A stretch of 55,500 bases of DNA, filler included, from Catajapyx aquilonaris (GCA_000934665.2; 2 parts of 2 records of this genome joined end to end with filler, not necessarily neighbours in it), one strand, 5' to 3'; shown: positions 23,457 through 36,800, numbered from the whole stretch's first letter. Numbers and translations are program-made. Notes: generated from the sequence alone by a model not told the origin.

Positions 23457-24337
23457 GAAGCCTTTTTTTGCAAAAACAACATGTGTCAAAAAATGTCACT
23501 TTTCAGGAGACACATAAAACGTTCTGCGCTCTTCAAAAGAGGACTTTCACAGAAATAAAAAATAGTGGCTTATATGAACTCACTGATGTGACATCATGAC
23601 ATGAAGTTCCAATGTCTGCAAGCAGTTATAGTGCTGGAAAAAATTCAAGACGGAAATTGACATATGCTGTTTTTGTGTAAAATGTGGAATAATGACGTAT
23701 AATTTTCCATTTATCTTTATAATTCTTAAAGATTTATGAGTCAAACTTTCAAAAAACGCACTCTATGATTTTTCTACACATCTTCACAGTCACTACTCTT
23801 ATGATTTCATCAGTCAGTGGCATCTGTGATGGATCAGTAGGATGAAGCAGTTACAAGTAGTTAAACAGTATTAACCAAGGGGTAAGCAACTCCCCAAAAA
23901 AATGTACACCAGATCCTGGAACCGGAAGGTTCCACCCGGTTCCAGGCTGGTTCCACCCAATTCCAGGCCGGTTCCAGCTGGTTCCACCTAGTTCCTTGGC
24001 CAGTGTGTACACCGGTTCCAGGGAGTTGCTAACCCCTTGGCATTAACAAAACATCATTGTAACCACGATTCTGACCCTCCCTGGCTGCTCCCTCATGGAA
24101 GACATAACATGGGACACCATTAATGCTGTTCTTCTGTAAATATGCAGCTCGGAAACACGATATCTGCTTACCTTGTGTAATGTGATTTTTTTTTCTCAAT
24201 TTTTTCTCCCTTACAATATATTGTCCTTTTGCATTGCTGTTGAACCATTATGAGCGCAAGGCTGGGAACTATGTGGTGGTGGTCATAACTCATTATCGAG
24301 CATTTTTGACATATGTTGTTTTCGCAAAAAAGGCTTC
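23457..24337. mobile_element. Non-autonomous DNA transposon, unclassified TIR family (copy A)
   Basis: ~35-bp TIRs GAAGCCTTTTTT(T)GC(A/G)AAAACAACAT(G/A)TGTCAAAAA. About 250 bp of subterminal sequence is homologous, in opposite orientation, to the element at 26639-27269. Confidence 0.85.
23874..24041. mobile_element. 168-bp MITE nested in the preceding element
   Basis: TIRs CCAAGGGGTAAGCAACTCCC / GGGAGTTGCTAACCCCTTGG (1 mismatch), probable 4-bp ATTA TSD, and an interior of GGTTCCA repeats. Confidence 0.85.
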
Positions 24338-26638
24338 GTTTATACTATATTCTGCCAACAGTGGAGCCAGGTTTTTGCGAGAACCGTTACCGAATCCCTG
24401 TTTCCCCATCTCTGTTCCCGCCAGAGAGCGCATATTTTGAAGCTCTTACTCAGATTTTGTCAGGTCTACTCTATGACAGGTCAACTCAGCGCAGCGTCTT
24501 GGAGAGTTGTATTACTGTTGTTTACCTTTGAATTACGAAATAAAAAATTATCACGTAGACAGGTGCATGCAGCCTGAAGACAAATCTGTGGCACTAGGAT
24601 TGTTTACGACAATAGCAGCTGCTTTGGCAGTTCTTCCTACTCCGTCGCTCTTTGGCTTTCTGATTGACTCCACCTGCCTCATTTGGGAATAATCTTGCGG
24701 CCAAAGAGGTTCTTGTTGGGTCTACAACACGTCAGATTTCTCGTGAGTATAATTAATAAGAGTATCCTAATGGAAAACCTTCCGCCTACTCTCAAAATCG
24801 CCTGGTTGTGTATGGAAAAACAACATCAGTCAGTTATGATAGAGGATATATACACAGAAAAACGAATTTCCTTCTCCCTTTTCGTTCCATAATTTATCAC
24901 TACTTATAAAAGTGTCCTTTTCCACTTACATCCTACCCCCCATTTATTACAGCTATTATATTGTGTGCTATATATATATATAATTACAGCTGTGAATATT
25001 AACTGGCTTTTCCTCCTGTCAGCATAAAATTCCATTTGACGGCCGCTGCAGCTATAGCTATGGTCGGTGTTTCTCAGGTCGTCAAATACAGATACGCAGC
25101 AAATCTAAAAATGATCGATGAAGACCTCAAGACAAAACCTGATAAAGACGTAGAAGATGAAGTGAAAACCAAGGAATCAAAGTTACTGACCACGTAAAAT
25201 ACCGGTAATATTGTAGTTATGCAAATATGTATTTTAATAAAGAATATTCCAGCCAATCTTATGGTATCTGACAGTTAGCTGAGGAATCTAGATTACAAGC
25301 TAACAAACGAAAAAATCATTATTTTTTACTACAGGAGGATGAGAGACACAACGTTGCAAAATGCTAAAACCAGCTTATTTGGTAGCCTAACAAATGCCTA
25401 ATTATGCTGCTGTGAACTTCATATTTAAAATGACGGGTAATGATAAATCACAATATGTTGGTCGGCAACAGTGGGTCACTAGTCAATTATTTACTTATTT
25501 TTATTTTATTTTACTTTGCCCCATTAGAGAGAATATTAGTCGGTTAAGTCGGCCTTAAATAAGGGCAACTGAAGAAGCATTTTTGTGCCAATAGTGGTTT
25601 TAAGTTTTTTGTTAAGTATAGGTTAAGACACTTGCTTGAAGCTTTCCAGACACACACTAAATCGTTGTTTTGCACACAATAACTGCCATATTAATATTTT
25701 CAATTATCAGAATCTCCCACGTTGACATCTCATTTAATTTACAGTTAGTTGTAAGGAACAATACGTCATATTCAGAAAATATTTGTTGCTGAGTCAACAA
25801 TTTTCTCCCAACTAAAATCTCAAAAACCAAAATTTTTACGAGCCTATCTAGATTATATGAAAATGATCGGAGAGTTTAAGTTATTTTCTGTCGCTCATAC
25901 GCATCAGGATACTTGAATAAATTGCAGGAGGGGTTAAATAGTTTACAAAGGCATCATTATTTCAATGCAATTTTATAAAGTGTAGTCTCTATCTTCTGAC
26001 ATTATGGCCCGGTCACACATCCCCTTGTCCTACCGTTCGATGTGAGGATTTCTCTATAAATTATTCACGTTCATTTGCTCACCCACACTTGCTGCATAGT
26101 GCATAGTAATACACACTTGCTGCAAAGCCCCAACTCCCCATAGGGTGAAGTGTGTTTTGTTTTTTTTTTTGTTTTTTTTGTTTTGTTTTTTTAATCCGCT
26201 TCAAGGATATACCCAAACGGAAGCGTAGGTAAACAATGTTTACATGCCTACAAAAGGAAGGAACTACGACTGGACCGGTGAATTAGCCTCAAAGCATAAT
26301 AACCCAACATGACAGGATGGGGCCTACTTTTGGGCATAATTTGGTTGCTAATTTTACCAGAGCAGATTATACATTATGTCGAAGCAAATGACAATGCAGA
26401 ATAATCGAGAAAATAACACATTTCACGTCGCAAAGTGATAATTTACCAGAAGTGTGACTTGCAGCTATGAAGGTCACTCACTTAGAATATCACTCTTCTC
26501 TGTAGTAGCTCTAGGCCTTAAGTAGTCTCTTGCATAATTGGACATAATTAAATATCCTAGAGTAAACAAGAAGGGAGCCCGGTAATTGACAAAACGCTTA
26601 AGGACAGTGTGAATTTTACTGAAGTGTGCATCGCAACT

Positions 26639-27269
26639 GAAGCCTTTTTCGTAAAAACAACATATGTCAAAAGTGGTCGAAAACGAGTTATGGCCACCAC
26701 CGCTTAGTACCAAGCCTTGCGCTCTAAATGGTACAATCGAAACGCAAAAAAGACAGTTGTCAAGGGAGAAAACCAATGTAGAAAAAATGCACCTTAGGAA
26801 AGAACAGCAGATGTCAGTTCATCCCATCTAATATTTTACACAAAAACAACATATGTCATTGACATCTGTTGTTCTTGCCTAAAAGTAGCATTGAACCAGA
26901 GATGGCGGAAGAACAGCAGTGTGCGGGGTCCTTCAGGGCGAAGTAATCCACGTAAGCGACCCAGGGTGCCTCCAAACTCCAAAAATTATGTATTTCATAA
27001 TGAAACATAATGGAAAGTGGAACATTATGGGTTTTTATTTCAACTTTTAAGTAAGAAGAGCATATGTCAATTTTGGTCTGGATTTTTTTCCATCAAATCT
27101 ACCGCTCTCAAATATTGAAATTTCATGCCATAAAGAGTAACATGAGTGTGTCCATAAGACACTATTATTTGATTGTGTGAATTTGAATTTGTTCAGACCA
27201 GAGAATGTTTTTTGCGTCTCCTGAAAAGTTCAATTTTTTGACATATGTTGTTTTTACGAAAAAGGCTTC
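26639..27269. mobile_element. Non-autonomous DNA transposon, same family as 23457-24337 (copy B)
   Basis: Perfect TIR GAAGCCTTTTTCGTAAAAACAACATATGTCAAAA / TTTTGACATATGTTGTTTTTACGAAAAAGGCTTC, with internal repeats of the CATATGTCA motif. Confidence 0.87.
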
Positions 27270-27339
27270 CTTAGAGGTGGAAGGCAGTGTGTGTCGTAAC
27301 AGTAACTGTTACGACACACACTGCCTTCCACCTCTAAGG
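27269..27339. repeat. Perfect 35-bp inverted repeat with a 1-nt spacer
   Basis: CCTTAGAGGTGGAAGGCAGTGTGTGTCGTAACAGT-A-ACTGTTACGACACACACTGCCTTCCACCTCTAAGG. Confidence 0.95.
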
Positions 27340-27560
27340 TCCCGAGTTCGATCCCCGGGTCAGACAGTGGATAGACTATAAAGGTTCGATGGGTTCTCTG
27401 GCCATGTTAGCGTGGGTTTTCTCGGGGTTCTTCCGTTTCCTCCCACAATCAAAATCCATCAAAGCGCAGGAAATGATTAAAGTCGGTTAAATAAAAGATG
27501 ATCCCCTAAGAGGCCCAAAGGAGGCCTATCACGGGGTGGGTATCCATTATCATTATTATA
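27320..27560 (+). mobile_element. tRNA-derived SINE with a V-domain-like core, 5'-truncated
   Basis: tRNA-like head with B box (GGTCCCGAGTTCGATCCCCGG). Core GCGTGGGTTTTCTCGGGGTTCTTCCGTTTCCTCCCACA resembles the V-SINE conserved domain. (ATT)n-like tail. No A box visible. Confidence 0.8.
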
Positions 27561-27713
27561 TGAGGAACAGTATATCGTGTGCGTCAGAACAATTGCAGGA
27601 TAATCACTTTGAAGAAACTCATTACCACACAAAGTGATCTCATACTGTAGTACAGTACCTACAATGCCTTTTTGTGAAAGAAACTGTTTCTTTCACTCCA
27701 AAAATGACGGTGA

Positions 27714-27813
27714 NNNNNNNNNNNNNNNNNNNNNNNNNNNNNNNNNNNNNNNNNNNNTTAATTAATTAANNNNNNNNNNNNNNNNNNNNNNNNNNNNNNN
27801 NNNNNNNNNNNNN
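27714..27813. other. Assembly gap with artificial linker (44 N + TTAATTAATTAA + 44 N)
   Basis: Exactly 100 nt and symmetric; the central 12-mer puts stop codons in all six frames. Confidence 0.97.
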
Positions 27814-30800
27814 CGCCAGTGTAAGCGATAATTATCATCATAATTTATTCCATACCCCCCAACCCCAACATTCGTGGCGCTCGAAAAATACTCGATTTTC
27901 CACACGACTAAACCCTCCAAAGGCAATTTTTTTAAAAACAGGGTGGTACCTTTTGTGCACACACAAAAAAAATCCCTAATAAGTGTGCAAAAATGAATGG
28001 CTGCGGCTGGCAAGAAGTTGCGACACTTACGTGCCTTTTGGCTGCAATCACGACACAATTCTGCTGAAAATTGTTGTTATCTTGCGAGTGCGTGATGACT
28101 TATGCCCGGTTTTTCTCAGAATAGGTGTGATGACTAGGAAGGTATTTTTTTTAAAAAAAAACAGGGCCATTTTGGTTGTCAGATTGAATGCCATGTACAA
28201 GGTGTTTCAAAAAAAAATCAAGAATCATTCCAAATGGTCACGGTCCAGTGTGTGCCGCACCTAAATCGTCTGCTAATTCTGATTCACATGACCCTGAAAA
28301 CGTGTAGTACCGCTACTCACGTGCATTCACTCAAGCCCAACACAAAAGAAAGAGTGGGCGGAGAGCACACCTCATCCATCTGAACCCAGCTTCTCTGCAT
28401 ATACTGACTCAACCGGAAGCCTCTGTCTCCGCTTCTTCTTTTTTACATCTTCCAAAACACGTGCGAGGAATATTTCAGTCCCAAGCAACAATGCTGAAAT
28501 CCGTGATAATTGGCACCAAATTGAATGTCACAGAAAAAGAAGTCTATAGAGCAAGGAGTCGAGACTTAAAAGCATAAATAAATCCAGCTCTTTCGTAAAT
28601 CCTACCCAAAAAAAATTTGGAGACAAATGCACCCGAAGCGATGAAATTCGGGGAGGTCTTTTGTGTTCTGACATAGCGTCCGAGTCAGTCTATTATGAAT
28701 CACCTTTTGTTTGACACACTTGATAGATATCGATTTGGTCGCCTTCAACACCTCGCTGCAATTACTCATTACCCAATTGATCTAATTTTTTTTTCTCTCT
28801 CTCTCTCAGAGCCAAGCGCAAAGGCGGCTCTTGGATTCGAGCCAAAAACTCTTCTGGAGGGGGTCTCTCTGTAAATTTTCGCACCAAACGGTATCAATTT
28901 TTGGGAAGTTCCCGAGGAAACCTGGCCACCTGCCTGACTACTGCTTCAGGCTGGATTTTAGCCTAGGTCAGGCCTTTAAAGTCCACTGAAAATTAATTCG
29001 CAACTGACCGTAATATTTGCGAAGGAAAAAAACAGTATTTACAAAATAAACCCGTACAGTCTGTATATACAAAATAACGGGTCAAGTTGCCCCGCCTGGA
29101 GCACCAAGCTGAACTAATCACAACAAGTACTTCATTAACAACCTAAGAGTAGAGAGTAGAGAGGTACACTGATATTATTATTGATTGGCCCGAGTTAATT
29201 GGAAGTTGCATGCTTCTGAGAGGTGTTGACGAGGCATGGAAACTCGCGAAATTTTCATCAATGTTTCAAGGCACGGAAAACGCTCCTTTTCGAAGCAAAC
29301 ACCGTGTAATTTCCCTAGCTTCTTTTTTTGTGTGTGTGCGGGTTACATATTTTCTGGAGGATATTTACGAGACTGCGTTTTATTAGATATTTGCATAACG
29401 ATTGGGAGAGGGGGGGGGGACGCCATAATAATTCTCGAGGCCGGGAGAGATGGAGCGTGAAATATTGTTCGCCAGCTCACGACCTTCGGCAATCATTCCG
29501 CACAACCGAGTCACGAGAATCTGCGCTTCGCACCCCCGGATTAAAAAAAGGGGGGGCCGTAAAATAAGCCTGTAAAACCCAGAGTTCCTGTCGGTCGTGC
29601 AGCAAACAAATACATAATTAAACCCTACTCATCCGTTTGCTCCATTTTTTGACCAGGGCAGGGGTATGAACAGCCTGCATGATTGAGGAAGCACGTGTGC
29701 GAATTTTTTGGCAAAGTCCGTTTCTGCCAATGAGTACCGGAGCTCCCAGCACCGTTTTGCACACAATTTGCAAACAGCTGTAGGACGTAAATGTGCCGAG
29801 TGGTGCCGGATTTATAGCCACTGGATTCCGCCCTGCAATTGAACACAAAATGCGAGGGATCCCACCCCAGGCTTTTGTCCACCGTCTTTATACATTTTTT
29901 TTGTCGCTCCTACCGGCGCATAATATTCGCAAATCTTTCATAGTCCAAAAAAAATGAGTCCCAAAACTTGTTTGTTGTAATATGAAAACCTTGAAGCGCA
30001 GCATCAATCATTTGGGGGCAAAAGATATATCTGATGGCAGTAGAAGCTTGATGCTAATGAGGTTCTTTCCCAGTGCTTGTGGGCCATTTCGATTTATCCA
30101 AGTCTCCGAGATATAAGAAAAGCCTTCTAATTATTTGACTCGCAGGAATGTCTGCACTGGAAGCTCTCCTATTTGTCACTTCTTTTTCGCTGCCTGAATA
30201 TCAAATTGGGGGGGACCTCTTTTTCTTTTCTTTTTCTAAAGGGCAATGTAAAGCACTCTTTCTCATTAGAACTGGCTTTTCCACGGATTTCTACCAGCCA
30301 TTTTCGCCTCAATTTTTATTCACTCTGATGCATATAGCACTGGGGAATAAAGGACACAGATTTTTCTTATTTCTGCGAGGGGAAAAAAAATTTGTGATGG
30401 ACTTTACAGACGGTTGGACACTAAGATAGACTACCTGTCATTCCCTCTGGTCCTCCACCTGAGCCATCGAAAAGTGTCGTCTCTGCCTTTGTCCCACTTT
30501 TTTTCTCTCTCTCTCTCTGTCGTCGTCTCTTCCTTCTTTTTGTGGGAGACTTTTTCTTCCGGGATCTAGATCGATGGTTTAGGAAAAGGAAAAGAATAGC
30601 GAATCCGGCTTTATGTCCCTTGCTGAACGCACCCTGGAGGACGTGACAGTGACAGGACAATCTTCAAACGTTTACTCCGGGCGTTAAACGTCGCAGTGCT
30701 TTATATACCCGGATCAGAAGCTACAATCAAAAGAGTCGATTCTATAACATAATATACAACAATGAATGTTTTCAATATTATTTAATTGTTTATTTGCCAG

Positions 30801-33800
30801 CCATCCCGGCGTCCCACTGTTTGCAGTCCGCAACGTGTCATCGACTGCACAAATGTTTGAACAAATCATGTGTGCTGCCCATAGCTCTGTTCAGCCGGAC
30901 GCAACCCCCTGCAAATTTGGCAACACCCAGACATATACAGTAATTTTTCCGGTCCAACATTATTGTTCAGAGTGAAAAAAAGGGGGGGAAACGTGGACCC
31001 AACAACGGTGCTAAACTGAGCGAAACGAACAATCTCCGGTTCTGATTGTGAGTCCTGCGTCTGATTAGCCTTAATTAGGATATGCCGATGGTCCAACATG
31101 TCCCTGCTGCTGCCTCTGCATATAAAAAGAATGGGAGATGCGCTGATGCTCTGACCCCCTTTTATTGTTGACAGTTCCCCCGGACACACTGGAGCATTTA
31201 TTGTTCGGTTGGCCGACATTGTATGCAGCCCCCCCAACTGTTGTGGAGAATCAATACACGGCTTGAAAATTCAAAAATGCAAAATTTTCTCCGGAAGCTT
31301 CTTCTTCTCTTTTTTTAAAGCTTTAAAACCACTCCTAGCCGACTTCTGTATTCAACCCTGGCTGAAATAGGTACCGGATGTGAAACGTTAAAAATTGAAC
31401 GTTCGCGATTTTCTTGGAGCCTGCCATTACATGAAGGGGGCAGGGCCAACATCTGGCTGTAAAACTGCATTTGATGCGACCTTCACCCTATCCCATCGAC
31501 CACTCTTTCACAACACAGCTTCCTTCAAAGATTCGCCAATTGCAAAAACCTGGCCATGCTTTCATGTGAGTCAGGTGCAAGTGAGCAATAAAAAACAGTG
31601 TTTAATGTGCGTCAACCAAGGAATCGCAAGGTTTGGACTTTTTTCTGCGGAGGAACTTGTAGAAAAAACGGAAAGATCCACGTGCCGTGAGAGACAACCC
31701 ATTTCAGTTTCTATGGCCCAACCTACGTCAGCAAGTCTTTGCCGAAGCTGCACTCGTAAAGTTGCCGGTCGTTATCCCTTTACAAACAACCCCCAGACAT
31801 CTCCCGTTAGGATCAAAACTCGAAACAGAATCCTAGACACCATAACCCGCTATATAAGCCGCTCCCCTTTATACTCACAGATCAGTTTCGGTTTATTCAA
31901 ACACTTCAGCTTCTTGCACAACCAAAGAGGTTGGCGGCCACACACACACAAAAAAAAATTGGCACGCAAAAAAAATGTTAGGCGATATCGGAGTAGCGCA
32001 AAGCAATTTTGCAAGGTCGGATCGGAAAACCATCCTATCCATCAAGGGCGTTACTTAGAATCCCGTCGCCAGTTTTAGCGGAGAAAGTCCGAGTGAGAAG
32101 TCTGCAATGTTTTCCAAATTTTCTGCAGAGGTGATCAATCACCCGTATCATTCCTTGAATGTAGGCCGAGCTGTCATGCTCCCGACCTCTCCAATCACGT
32201 GACTTGGACAACAACGCCAGAATAAGAAAAAAGAAGAAGAAGAAGAAATGTTGATTGGACTGGCTATAGTCGTCCGTGCAAATAATAATCGGCAGGGTGG
32301 AGAGCGTGCCGAAAATATATCCATTTTGAAATGTGCGGAAATCTTAATATCTAACAGTACAGTCTGGACATTTAAAAAAAAAATCACACAGGCTAATTGA
32401 AGAGGCTTTAAACGGTTTTGAAGTGCCGGCCAAACCGACCGTACCCAATTATGCAAGGAAGTGAGGAAACTTCTAATATTTGGAAGCTGCAAAGTCTATT
32501 TAATTGCTCCCGGGGTTGTTTTATTTCTCGGCCCTTCAAATCCGATAATAGCCCCCCCTTTTTTTTAAACTGAGAGAATGGGGCAGTACAGTCGATATAA
32601 AAATGGAGTCTGTCTGACTGGTTTGAGTTGGAAAGTAGGTCTACCCCTACTTCTAACTTTACGAGCGAGGATTAGGATGAGGTTTAAGGAGGGGTTGCAG
32701 CATCCCAAGGGCCTCTCTGCCCATCTTTTTTTCCCTTTTCTTTTTACAGAGAGAGAGAGGAAAAGGGGTCGATAAGTCCCCTTGCCTGCTTGATTATGTG
32801 GGTGATGGAGCATCAGACCCATGGAAACACATGGCCGCACACAAAGTCGGAATAAAAAAGAAGGAGGGATCGGTGTGTGTGTGTGTCTTACATGAGAGTT
32901 CTTCAGTTCAAGTTGGCCTCAACTCCAGTCCAAATCGGACCGGCTCCCGCTGGCAAAACTTCCGCGTTCCTTGGCCTCTCTCTGGAGAGATGTGTTCACA
33001 TGGGCCATACTTGCACTCTGCCCAAATGCACTGGGGATATGGGACTTGGAAAATAGGGCAAGGCGACGACGCAGAGGATACAAAAAATGTTTTTGGATAG
33101 AGTCAAAAAATTTGACCTCACGTCACCTATGCGTGATCTTTACATTTTCGCAGATGGCACCTCAGGTCCAACCTCTCCACACAAAAAAAACGCACTGCGA
33201 CAAAACCTATGCAGAAAAAGCCGTAAATGGAGATCGATAGTCGTCGATTCTCATGAAATCGGCCAGGTCGTTTGAGACATTACCCGCCGGGGTCTAAAGC
33301 ATCTTTTTTTTCTATATAGTCTTTTTCTTCCGAAGCTCAAACGGTTTCCAAGCCCCGTGTTTATAAGAAGAGTTGGCTGGAGCATTACGGGCCAGGTGGG
33401 TGGTTCACTCCCCGCCCGTTTTATTGCCCACTAACCTGTTTTTCATTCCCAACTAGAGGTAAATGCCCAATTTTGTTCAGCACATGTGTGTGTCTGCTGT
33501 CCCTAGCTGACTATATAGATAGAGCTATTGCCTGCCCTAGTCTGATGTATAGAGTCCGTTACGTGTTTACCCCTGTCTCACTGCCCTACCTCATTGATTC
33601 GACATGATTACAGGCCAATAACGCCGCCCGATTCGTGACTCGGAGACACTATACTACATAAGGCGGACCCCCTGCTGGTACTATATCCGACAAAATGATT
33701 AGAAAACGGTTCTCAAAACAATTGCTCTTTTCTTGGTCGAAATGGCCCTCGATTCAAAGATAAATGAAGGTAATGTCGCGCCGGTTCTTATTTAATAATT

Positions 33801-36800
33801 TAACTGGCCCTTACAATCCTGAAAATCCCAAGTTGGTCTAGAGTAAACATATCTAAATAGATACAAACCCTCCTAAATATTTTTTTCCCCTCTCCACGGA
33901 ACATCCGACAGGTCTCTCTCGTGTCGGAGAGGCGCGCAAGACCCGTGCTTTAGTTGGTAATTAATCAGGCCTGGTAGACGCGAAATAATTGGGAACAGGT
34001 CCCCCTTCGCGTCTCGCAAAGTGACAGCAGGAAGACCCAGAGATTTTCTTCTTACTCTTCTTCTTCTTCTTCTTCTTCTCTAAAAGGAGGATGCCATGCC
34101 CCCCCTCCTACTTGTGGAAGCAGCAACCTTACCTCCACCCAGAGGAAACCGCGGCCAATTTCGTTCTGAAAATCCTGGAGCAGCCAAGTGCGCTCTCGGT
34201 TCCAGGCAATTCTCCGATGCCAGCTTAGTTCTGCCTCATATCCGATGCTTCCCCTCCTCTACTCTCGGGCATATTATTCCACGTGCGAGGCAACATAGAA
34301 GACAATAGAGGACATTCAAAATGAAGAAGATGCTGCCTCCCTCGATATATACGGTTAACACGGTCGAGATATGAGGTGACACATTTTTTTAAGAATTCAA
34401 CGACACTTCTTCAAGAGGAATAGACTTCAGCACAACTGCTGGATGATCTTTACTAGGGGACGAAGTGGCAGTGGAGGCTCTGGGAAGTTCAAAGAACCTG
34501 GCAATGCCACAATAACATTTCGTTGGCCTGCAGAGCCACAAAACCGTTTCAGTTACAACTCAAAAACCCATTTCGTCGCATACGAAAGATTAGCGGAAAA
34601 TCGACAATTTATGTACAGTGCAAATTTATATACATAGTCGGATATTCGTTTTCCCAGCATACCTGCACCTGTAACATAATTTGTGCTAGGTAGAAATATC
34701 CGTGGTTTTCACTGTAAATGAAACACGCGCCTCAACATTTTTGTTGTCTATTATGGCTTAACTAACTCGTGTTCGGATTAATTCCGACCTAAAGCCACAC
34801 GTACACACACTCACGTCCTGTCGCCAATAAACTATAGTGCAAAAATAAATCCTCGGGCCAACACGCAGTGCCAGATCCTCCCCCTCTGTTAGTATCTCTC
34901 CTTCCGTATATAAGATTGATATGCACCACCTGTTGCAAGGTGAATTCCAAAAAAATTATTCCTCTTTTTTTTTACATAACCTATAGATCCTATTATTCCA
35001 TGCCAAGGCCAAACAGTTTGAACATTCCCTGCATTTCGAAGCCTGAATCGGAATCTGACCAATCCCCAGCCGAATTAAACGTGGAGGGGGGGGGGGGGGG
35101 GACCCCGAGATTTATGGCACAATGATAAAGTGACTCTCCGACATGATTTCCAGCTCATTTGGGATGTCAAAGCTATTGGTGCTTGGGAATAGATACAATT
35201 GGTGGCGTCATCAGGGCTAGTTGTGCGGATTAATGGCCTACCAGGGACGAGATTTTGCGATTTTTTTTTTGGTTTGTTTTTTTTCGCACAAGCCGTGTGG
35301 TCCAAAAAGGGGGGACAATCTGGTGGCATTATTTTGGGTGGAAGCAAAGTCATCCAGCCAGTAAGGCACACGATGACAGGTGTATAACAAGGGCAGTAAA
35401 AATACCGGACATATCATTATCCAAGCTGAGCTTTGCCTTCAAAGGGATGCTAATTTCCAGTTTCATGCGCACACACATACACACGAAAAAAAATAAAACA
35501 ACGCCATCAGCATGTATGCAAAAAAGGGGCCGGCTCAGAATTAGAGTGTTGGTTGGCCGGCTGTTGATGTTAATCGCATTTTTAAAATAGATCGCCTGGT
35601 TTTTATGGCCCGCTTTGAGTTTGTTCATATCAAAACACACGCTCCATTTGGTTTCTTCACGAGCTCAATTAGCTAAAGAGCGGATTAGTGTTAATCTTCA
35701 TTATAATGTCAGATATCTTGAGTGCCAGTTAACTTTTTCTCATCGAAAAAAAAGTCTTACAGAACGGCTCTGTCCGTCTGTCTGTGGACAGGTATCAGGC
35801 TCATTTCTCGCTGCCCAATAGGAAAAAGTCTACTCGAATCAGCTCTTGATTTTTTTTAGTAAAATCCTCCGGATGACAAAAGTTACCGCCAAGTTGGCTG
35901 TAAACACGATTAAGAAATTATATAAACGATTGCATTTATTAATATCCGGGAAAGCTCCGAAAAAATAAAATAATAAATAATAACTGGCTGGTCCTAATCA
36001 GGGTCGGCCAACCCGAAATGAGTCCCTGGCCCGGAAAATCCGGGAGGCCGAGTCGTAATCTGTTGGGCCCGAACCAGAGCTAATGTATCCGACTGATTGC
36101 ACTGGAGTTATTGGGCGGCGCACATGGATTTGGGTTTCCGCTGATGTGACACACACCGAGCGATGTATGGTCATCAAAATGCAATGACAACCGAATTCAT
36201 TACCCACCCACCCCTCCCCCACAGTTTTCATATTATGTGTGTAATCGTGTATCATGTCCGGAGGATCGCAGCTGACAAAATTGTTTTTTTTAACTATCTC
36301 AAAACCGGATTATGCCGGATTATTCTTTGTCGAAAGGTTTTTTGACAGTACGAAACGGTCCCTTTATATTCCTTCGGAGTGTGCCAAGATTTTTCCGCGT
36401 GCAATGTTAATGTCTTGAGTGTCGCCCGTATATTAAGCACTGGCAAAAAAAAAATTGGCACGTGGTTTTCATACCAGAAATGTTTCAGATTCCGATGCTG
36501 AACGGACCACGATTATTTTATTTAAAAATTCGCACAATTTCGTACCATATAATAGCGCTTAATTTAAATGCAGAAATGGTACATTCCGGACCAAAATTGG
36601 CATTCATGACGCGCATCTAATTTTGCCCAAATTATGCCATCACCTATCTTTTATAAAATACATTCGGACAGCTAAATGAGAAGTCGTTTCCCCGCCGTTT
36701 TTGAGCGCAAAAGCGCAAAAAGAAAAAATCGGGTCCCGATCATTGCATAATTTGACACATGTGATCATGATTAGTGCAGCTGTGCATTAATTGCCTTTTA

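Larger units (their letters stand above)
23315..25197 (+). pseudogene. SLCO/OATP pseudogene, copy 4: only the first and last two exons remain
   Basis: Start segment 23315-23324. Penultimate exon 24563-24742 has an in-frame TAA at 24690-24692 (WEE to WE*). Last exon 25023-25197. Exons 2-9 are absent and the remaining splice phases (1 vs 2) are incompatible. Intron remnant at ~24474 matches ~21971 of copy 3. Confidence 0.9.

Noticed and set aside
26150..26195. T-rich tract that might be a minus-strand retroelement poly(A) tail
   Set aside because: No TSD or recognisable LINE/SINE body could be identified next to it.
27320..27365. tRNA-like sequence with a B box
   Set aside because: No complete cloverleaf or A box; it continues into a SINE core and tail.
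27762..28058. ORF running into the N gap
   Set aside because: Artefact of Ns and the synthetic linker.
31395..32078. Longest ORFs of the right half (227 aa here; also 37061-37639, 38155-38697, 43546-44019)
   Set aside because: Mostly non-ATG starts, homopolymer-derived Lys/Phe runs, no recognisable domain and no supporting splice structure.
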